From positions 1 through 57,193 of the forward strand of contig WJIW01000269.1 of assembly GCA_014730065.1 (NCBI GenBank): 57,193 bases of DNA, in the 5' to 3' direction. This document shows, piece by piece, positions 51,533-57,193 of this stretch (within the stretch, counting starts at the first letter, position 1; each line of letters starts with the position of its first letter). A program made the translations under genes and the position numbers. The DNA comes from Armatimonadia bacterium. GTDB lineage: Bacteria > Armatimonadota > Zipacnadia > UBA1398. Below the pieces are notes generated by a model. It saw nothing but the letters and a program-made list of their open reading frames with translations. It was not told the DNA's origin and did not search any database.

Positions 51533-53605
51533 CTACTGTCCGGCGTGGGGACTGACGATGAAGTTGCCGTTGTCGTCGTAGGCCGCGCGTATCACGTCCC
51601 GAGCCACCGGGGCGGCTGAGTCGCTGCCATGGCCGCCGTTGATGATCAGCGCGGTCACGACGATCTCCGGGGCGTTGTTGGCGCGCTCCACCTGGTTGGG
51701 CCTCGAGGGGTTCATGTTTACGTAAGGGGCATAGCAGGTGAACCACGCGTCATCGGAGCCGACCTCCGAGGAGCCCGTCTTTCCCGCCACGGCGACGGGC
51801 ACACTGTTCTCCCCCGAGAAGGCGTAGTGGGCCGTGCCGTGCTGCCACTCCACCACCCCACGCATGCCCGAGCGAACGTAGTCCAGGGTAGTGGGCTCGA
51901 GGTCGATGAGGGTAGGCTCCCTCTCGCGCTTGATGGGCGGTATGGGCTCGCCGGCGTCGGTGATCCGGGCCGCCACATGGGGCACCACGCGTTTGCTGCC
52001 ATTGGCGATGAGGGCGGTCATGACGGCCACCTGAAGTGTGGTCGCCTCGATGGGTCCCTGGCCGATGGCCATGTTGGCGCTATGGCCGTCGAACCAGCCG
52101 TCCTCGCCCAGCTCGTTGATGAGATAGGCTTCGTCGCCGACCAGGCCCGGGTGCTCGCCCGGCAGATCGATACCCGTCTCCTCGCCGAAGCCGAAGCGGT
52201 GGGCCCACTTGAGCAGTCGCTCCTGGCCCAGCTTCACGCCCACGTTGTAATAGAAGATGTTGCACGACTCGGCGAGGGATTTGATGACCCCCACGGCCCC
52301 GTGTCCGAACTCCTTCCGCCAGCAATATCGGATGGTACCCAGCTCCATGTGGCCGGTGCAGTAGACGTGGTAGTTGGGGTCGATCACGCCTTCCTCGAGC
52401 GCCGCCGCCAGTGAGACGATCTTGAAGGTGGAGGCCGGGGCCCGCTTCGACTTGGTGACATGGTTCTGGTAGGGCAGGCGCTTCTTCGGCTGGTTGGTCT
52501 CGATGGCGATGCGCTCGTCGTCATACTCCGGCGGATGGTCGGGGAGGAACCACTCGCTCTCGAAAGACGGGTAGCTGGCGAGGGCATAGATGGCCCCCGT
52601 GTGGGGATCCATGGCGACGGCCGCTCCGGCGTCGCCCTCGTTGGCCTCCACGTGGCGGGCTAGCGATGCCTCCATGGCGGCCTGGATCCGGGCATCGATG
52701 TGTAGGGTAATGTCGTGGCCCGGTAGCGGCGGTCGGTCGATCATGGGCTGCCGATCGGGCCGGATGACCTGCCGTCCCTTGCGGCCGCGCAGGAGCTTCT
52801 CGTAGTAGGCCTCCACGCCTTCCTTACCGATGACGTCACTGGGCCCGTATCCCTCGTTGTAGAGATACCTCTGGTCCTCGAAGATCAAGCCGACATAGCC
52901 GATGAGATGGAAAGCGCTGGAGCCGTGCGGGTGTCCGTAGCTCCGGCTATGCCGCCGAACGACCTCCAAGCCGGGCAGCTCGTGGAACCGCTCTGCCAGG
53001 CGCATCACGGCTTCGTGGTCGAGGTCGGTGGCGATGGCCGCTTGGCGGTACGGGTCGAAGCTGTAGTCGCAGAGGGTATCGATGATCTCGTACGGATCGA
53101 CCGGGTCGGCGGCGGGTGGATCGGCGGTTCGCGACGGCGAGCTGTTCACGATGTCGGCTACGGTATAGGCGATTCCCTCGAACCCGGGCGGCGGGTCGGG
53201 ATAGCGCTGCTCGCCCTTGTCGTCGCGCTCGACCTCGTCCATGGGCGACTGCCACGGGCCGAAGTAGAAGTCCTCGACGTAGTACGGCGTGACCACGGCG
53301 ATCCAGTCGGGGTCATTGGCGGCGTAGGAGCGGCCGTCCCGGTCGAGAATTGTGCCGCGAGGGGCGGGTAGGGCGTTGTTGAGGATCAGCGCGCGCTCGG
53401 AATCCTCGCGCCACTGCCCGGCCTGCACCACCTGCATGATCCACAGTTTGCCGATGATGACCGCCAAGGCCACGAAGAACACGCGCCGGAACCACGTCGT
53501 CCGGGTGCTCCTCCAGCCGCGATGGACTCCATTCTCGAAGCCTCCGTCGGTCTCCGGCCTGCTCCAGTACTCGTGCAACAAGCACGCCTCCTCGGGTTCA
53601 CACAT
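51533..53605 (-). CDS. Penicillin-binding protein 2-type peptidoglycan D,D-transpeptidase (MrdA/FtsI family)
   Basis: Part of ORF 51533..53737; I prefer the ATG at 53605, but the start is uncertain. TM helix FFVALAVIIGKLWIMQVV. Motifs: PAPRGTILDRDGRSYA, STFKIVSLAAA (S-x-x-K), AESCNIFYY (S-x-N), KTGSSE (K-T-G). Confidence 0.85.
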   Translation of the reverse strand: MCEPEEACLLHEYWSRPETDGGFENGVHRGWRSTRTTWFRRVFFVALAVIIGKLWIMQVVQAGQWREDSERALILNNALPAPRGTILDRDGRSYAANDPDWIAVVTPYYVEDFYFGPWQSPMDEVERDDKGEQRYPDPPPGFEGIAYTVADIVNSSPSRTADPPAADPVDPYEIIDTLCDYSFDPYRQAAIATDLDHEAVMRLAERFHELPGLEVVRRHSRSYGHPHGSSAFHLIGYVGLIFEDQRYLYNEGYGPSDVIGKEGVEAYYEKLLRGRKGRQVIRPDRQPMIDRPPLPGHDITLHIDARIQAAMEASLARHVEANEGDAGAAVAMDPHTGAIYALASYPSFESEWFLPDHPPEYDDERIAIETNQPKKRLPYQNHVTKSKRAPASTFKIVSLAAALEEGVIDPNYHVYCTGHMELGTIRYCWRKEFGHGAVGVIKSLAESCNIFYYNVGVKLGQERLLKWAHRFGFGEETGIDLPGEHPGLVGDEAYLINELGEDGWFDGHSANMAIGQGPIEATTLQVAVMTALIANGSKRVVPHVAARITDAGEPIPPIKREREPTLIDLEPTTLDYVRSGMRGVVEWQHGTAHYAFSGENSVPVAVAGKTGSSEVGSDDAWFTCYAPYVNMNPSRPNQVERANNAPEIVVTALIINGGHGSDSAAPVARDVIRAAYDDNGNFIVSPHAGQ

Positions 53606-53764
53606 GATACCAGTGATGGGTACCCTCCTAAAGGACAGGGCAGAGCGGCGGAAGTTGCCGTGGCGCGAGCGAGGCACGGGCTGGGGCCACGCATTTTCGC
53701 CGCCACCACTACCCCCTCGGTCGCGTCTGGGACTCATTACTACCGACGGAAGAACGGGGACGCC

Positions 53765-54340
53765 ATGACAGCGAAGGAGCCGGCGGCGCTAGCGGACGAG
53801 GTGTTGGTGGTGGCCGCCATCGCCGGCGATCTGGGATCCTTCGATGAGCTAGTGCGGCGCTACCGCCCGGCGGTCATCCGCCAGTTGGTGGGGGCCGTGG
53901 GGCCGGAGATGGCCCAGGACGTGGCCCAGGAGGCCTTCGTCCAGGCCTTCCGCGCCCTCCCCCAGCTCACCGCACCGGAGGCCTTCGGGTCATGGCTCCG
54001 CCGAATCGCCGCTCGCTGCGCGGGCCGGCGCGGCAAGAACCGGACGCGCCGGAGGCAAGTGGAGTCGCCCCTGGACGAGGTGGTGCTGGCCACTTGCCGC
54101 TCCCTCGCCCCGGGCCCCGAGGAATCGGTGCTCGATGAGATGGACCGGCAGGGCGCTCTTGGGGCCGCCAGGTCGCTTGCGGAGCCGTATCGGGAGACGG
54201 TCGAGCTGCGGTTTGTGCAGGACATGCCCCTGAGGCGGATCGCCGCCTTCCAGGGCATCAGCGTCGAGGGCGTCAAGTGGAGGCTTCGGCGAGCGCTGGC
54301 CATGCTGCGGGAGCGGCGCGGCGAGACCGATGAGCAGTAG
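53765..54340 (+). CDS. ECF RNA polymerase sigma factor
   Basis: Part of ORF 53522..54340, with ATG at 53765. Region 2: FDELVRRYRPAVIRQLVGAVGPEMAQDVAQEAFVQAFRAL...WLRRIAARC. Region 4: PYRETVELRFVQDMPLRRIAAFQGISVEGVKWRLRRALAMLR. Confidence 0.8.
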   Translation: MTAKEPAALADEVLVVAAIAGDLGSFDELVRRYRPAVIRQLVGAVGPEMAQDVAQEAFVQAFRALPQLTAPEAFGSWLRRIAARCAGRRGKNRTRRRQVESPLDEVVLATCRSLAPGPEESVLDEMDRQGALGAARSLAEPYRETVELRFVQDMPLRRIAAFQGISVEGVKWRLRRALAMLRERRGETDEQ

Positions 54341-54375
54341 ACAAGCCACGGAAGTGGCCGAAAGGGAGAGATCCA

Positions 54376-55071
54376 ATGAGCGAAGAGCATACCCCGGAAG
54401 AGAAGGTCGGAACCGATCGACTGCGCTACATCCGCATCCTGCAGAACATCGTGGAGCATGCGGAGCGGATCGAGCAGGGGCTCGCCGAGGAGCACCCCTC
54501 GGCCACCCACTACATGCGCACCCAGCTCAACAAGGTCAGGGAGCAGATGGCCAAGGACGATCCCCTGGTCGCCGACCTGTTCCCCCCCGTGCCCGAAGAC
54601 ACCAGCATCTCCGACGTGGGCGTCATCGCCAAGCAGCTCCTGGACTTCGCCGGCGAGACCATTACCGAGCGCACCGCCAAGGCGGTCCGTGAGGGCCTCA
54701 CCATCACCGGTGAGAACGTCAGTGTATGCCTGTCGGATCTGGCGGAGCTGGGCGTCCATATCCGGGAGCGGGTGACCGAGGCCCTCGGCAGCGCCTTCCA
54801 CCCGGGCGATCCCAAGGAAGACGAAGAGCTGGACGCTCGCATCGGCGAGCTGGAGGCCAAGGCCAAGGAGACGGCCAGCCGCATCTCCAAGGACGCCGAG
54901 CAGGGGTACGAGGATTCGGCGACTCTGGCCCAGCTCGCCAAGGAGCTAGCCCGGCTCCAGCTCCGCAAGGCCCGCAAGCGGATGCAGGACGCCGTGGCCA
55001 AGGAGCAGCCCGAGGGCCAGGACGAGAGCAAGGGCGACGGGAACGGCAACGGCCAGGCCCCGACGGAGTAG
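54376..55071 (+). CDS. Hypothetical soluble, acidic, coiled-coil protein downstream of the ECF sigma gene
   Basis: ATG at 54376 follows AGGGAGAG. No hydrophobic helix, no zinc-finger motif. The C-terminal half is Glu/Lys/Ala-rich heptad-like sequence ending in GDGNGNGQ. Confidence 0.55.
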   Translation: MSEEHTPEEKVGTDRLRYIRILQNIVEHAERIEQGLAEEHPSATHYMRTQLNKVREQMAKDDPLVADLFPPVPEDTSISDVGVIAKQLLDFAGETITERTAKAVREGLTITGENVSVCLSDLAELGVHIRERVTEALGSAFHPGDPKEDEELDARIGELEAKAKETASRISKDAEQGYEDSATLAQLAKELARLQLRKARKRMQDAVAKEQPEGQDESKGDGNGNGQAPTE

Positions 55072-55085
55072 CGGCACCCCGCACC

Positions 55086-55115
55086 GGGTCCGCGCCCAGC
55101 CTGAGGCGCGGACCC
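55086..55115. terminator. GC-rich hairpin between convergent genes (bidirectional terminator candidate, no U-tract)
   Basis: GGGTCCGCGCC (55086-55096) pairs perfectly with GGCGCGGACCC (55105-55115), with an 8-nt loop. It lies between the stops at 55071 (+) and 55131 (-). Confidence 0.4.
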
Positions 55116-55130
55116 GCTCACCTCATTCCG

Positions 55131-56852
55131 CTACCCATCATCCTCCTCGGGTAGGTCGAAGACGATGTGGAGGATGGATGGGTGGACGTAGATCCGGCAG
55201 TTGCCCCATGGCTGCTCGCCGACGGTGCTCTCGCCAAGCAGGCCGAAGGGGGCATCGGACACCGGAGCAACCGAGAACCCTCCCGGAAAGCCGTCCTCGT
55301 CGATCTCCACCGTGGAGAACCGCAGATACGCTCCCTGTGCGCCCAACAGAGAGTGGACCATGCCCCCGACAGCCGCGCGCCGGCCCGGACCGGGGGTGAG
55401 GTCCTCAATGACTACTCCGCTGGGGCGGCGATCGAGGGCCGTCACGTACGCGCGGCCGGGCGCTAGGATCCACTGGACCATCCGATAGGTACCATCGGGC
55501 GTGTCGAGGGTCATCAGCCCCGCAGGGCAGGCGGGCAGGTCCGGCGCGAGCTCCACCTCAGTTGTCCAGGTGGCGGCGTCGTCAGGCAGCTCCATGAGCC
55601 AGCGGATGGCGGCAGGCACAGGGCTCACCTCGCCGGTACGCCATACGTCGGCAGGCACGAAGTGGATGGTATCCGCGCTCCAGTCTCCGATGAATGACTC
55701 TGCGGCCTCGGCCAGATCTCTGCGTCTGGGCGGGGTCGTATTGGGCAGTGGAGTGTTGACGAGTATCTCGAGGAGCATCTGGTCCTGCCACTCGGTTATG
55801 GGCTCGGGCACCTCCGGCCTTGAGACCGCGTGGGCTTCTGAAGCGAAGGCTGGTCCGCGCTGGCCGGTGAGGAACGAGAACATGCAAGTGGGGGGGGCCT
55901 CCGGGTCGACTTCAGCGGCCCAAGTGAAGCACGGGTAGGGCGCCCACGCCGATGAGGCCCAGGGGTGGGGAAGCATGCTCAGCCACAGTACGATCCAGCG
56001 TCCATCCGACCAGCAGGCAACGTTGTGGGGCCACCAACGCCATGTCCCTTCATCGAGCCGCATCCCCGCTTGTGGAGGTCCATGGATCCATAGGGTGCCA
56101 TCGGCCAGGGGTTCGGTTCTGACCCGCCCGGCACCAAGCGTGCCGGGCGGCCATCGGAGGAAGCTCGCTGGCACCCGGGTCTCGAGTTGGTCGGACGCCT
56201 CCGCGCCATCGGCCCTCATGACCAGTCCCGCGGCGATGTTAGTCCGCCAGGCCAGGCCCTGAAGAGTCACCTCGTCACCGTCGGGCAGCTCCAGCACCGC
56301 TGAGACCGCCGCTCGGGCGCCATGTGGCTCGATCTCCCCCGTAACCACCCGCCGCCCGTACTGCTCGGCGGCATCGACGGGGGCGGGGTCATCCTCGAAC
56401 GCTCCATATGATCGGTCGTACTCGCCGCTAAGCCGCCGCTGCCGGTACTGTTCGGCGGCATCATCGTCGTAGGCGTCACTCGGAAGCACATAGGCTTGCC
56501 ACGATTCGGGGTCAGGCAGGATCTCGTCTGCCAGCATGCCCTCCATGGACTGCTGCAGCTCTCTCAGAACGGCAGGGGTCAGGGTGACCAGCGCGAGGTC
56601 TTTCTCCGGCACCCCGAGCTGCAGTCTCCAATGCGGTCGCGGGTAGTGCAGTGGATCGATGTCAGGGACATTCCTGAGGAGCACCTCGGCCTGGGACGTG
56701 GTCAGCTCAGCCAAGGGCTCCTCAGAGCCGTCTATCGGTGCCACCATGTTGCCCGGTTGGGCCGCGGCTACCGTTGCCAGTAGGCCGCTCAGCCAGATGC
56801 TGCACATGATCCTGGCTAGCCTGTGGCGGAGTCGTGACTTCGAATGGGGCAT
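55131..56852 (-). CDS. Hypothetical secreted protein
   Basis: ATG at 56852 lies 6 nt after GGAGG. Signal-like IMCSIWLSGLLATVAAAQP. Internal duplication AAEQYRQRRLSGEY / AAEQYGRRVVTGE. No recognisable motif. Codon usage has visibly more A/T-ending codons than neighbouring genes. Confidence 0.55.
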   Translation of the reverse strand: MPHSKSRLRHRLARIMCSIWLSGLLATVAAAQPGNMVAPIDGSEEPLAELTTSQAEVLLRNVPDIDPLHYPRPHWRLQLGVPEKDLALVTLTPAVLRELQQSMEGMLADEILPDPESWQAYVLPSDAYDDDAAEQYRQRRLSGEYDRSYGAFEDDPAPVDAAEQYGRRVVTGEIEPHGARAAVSAVLELPDGDEVTLQGLAWRTNIAAGLVMRADGAEASDQLETRVPASFLRWPPGTLGAGRVRTEPLADGTLWIHGPPQAGMRLDEGTWRWWPHNVACWSDGRWIVLWLSMLPHPWASSAWAPYPCFTWAAEVDPEAPPTCMFSFLTGQRGPAFASEAHAVSRPEVPEPITEWQDQMLLEILVNTPLPNTTPPRRRDLAEAAESFIGDWSADTIHFVPADVWRTGEVSPVPAAIRWLMELPDDAATWTTEVELAPDLPACPAGLMTLDTPDGTYRMVQWILAPGRAYVTALDRRPSGVVIEDLTPGPGRRAAVGGMVHSLLGAQGAYLRFSTVEIDEDGFPGGFSVAPVSDAPFGLLGESTVGEQPWGNCRIYVHPSILHIVFDLPEEDDG

Positions 56853-56867
56853 TCTGCACCTCCTACG

Positions 56868-57193
56868 CTACTCGTCCGTGACCAGAACGTGACCAGGTGC
56901 GTTGACGAGATATCCGGACAAGTAACCGTGTGCATAGTCATCGTCCACACCGATACCCGTCAATATGTCGTATGGGTAGGCTGCGTTCTTCTCGACGGGC
57001 CACCAGGCCCAGTACCGCCCATCAAGCGCAAAGGTCGCCTCGAAGTTGTTCCAACCGCCAGCAATGAACCCGACTCTGGAGGGTCCAGGGCAGCCGTCAG
57101 CCCAGCAGGCCGCGGCGTTGGCCAACTCCCATTCTGACTCCGCGAGACCAGTCGACTCCCGAGGGACCACATTGAACACAGTGGCGTCGATGC
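56868..57193 (-). CDS. Hypothetical protein, C-terminal part (5' end off the right window edge)
   Basis: The frame of ORF 56868..57179 stays open to the window end. The stop lies 15 nt upstream of the next gene's start, so an operon is likely. Trp/Tyr-rich with no motif. About 54% GC by hand count over 56881-57000. Confidence 0.45.
   Translation of the reverse strand, partial: IDATVFNVVPRESTGLAESEWELANAAACWADGCPGPSRVGFIAGGWNNFEATFALDGRYWAWWPVEKNAAYPYDILTGIGVDDDYAHGYLSGYLVNAPGHVLVTDE

Overview
57.2-kb, gene-dense, high-GC segment. G+C is roughly two-thirds by eye; my only hand counts are about 63% for 45001-45120 and about 54% for 56881-57000. I can support about 47 protein-coding genes (two cut by the window edges), one tRNA-Met(CAU), and a few candidate promoters, terminators and intergenic repeats. 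I saw no rRNA, CRISPR array, transposase or phage genes. The only recombinase looks like housekeeping XerD.

Gene content: two Cys-type sulfatases, a GH9-like enzyme, a clan GH-A-like TIM-barrel giant, a beta-helix protein, a ConA-like/gluconolactonase fusion and a YncE-like propeller/phosphoesterase fusion. There are also three ECF sigma factors, a BatA-type VWA protein, PBP2, DprA, a CDP-hexose cassette and an acyl-CoA ligase. This resembles core chromosome of a polysaccharide-degrading Planctomycetota/Verrucomicrobiota-like heterotroph, but that placement is inference only.

Many long ORFs in the track are antisense or out-of-frame shadows typical of high-GC DNA. I chose frames by motif content, GC3, Shine-Dalgarno (SD) spacing and signal peptides. 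All functional calls come from motif recognition by eye, with no database search.

I cannot support a discrete, novel multi-gene system such as a defence island. The best leads are:
1. A 594-bp convergent intergenic region (27500-28092) with two hairpins that share a G/T-rich loop but have unrelated stems, plus a third inverted copy of the 11-nt core.
2. Paired 42-nt hairpin repeats that split the glycan cluster (31421-31758).
3. An orphan gamma-class N6-adenine DNA methyltransferase with no canonical start and no partner genes.
4. A stand-alone IMP-cyclohydrolase (PurH N-terminal) gene.
5. An ECF sigma factor paired with a soluble acidic coiled-coil protein.
6. A compositionally deviant gene pair at the right edge.
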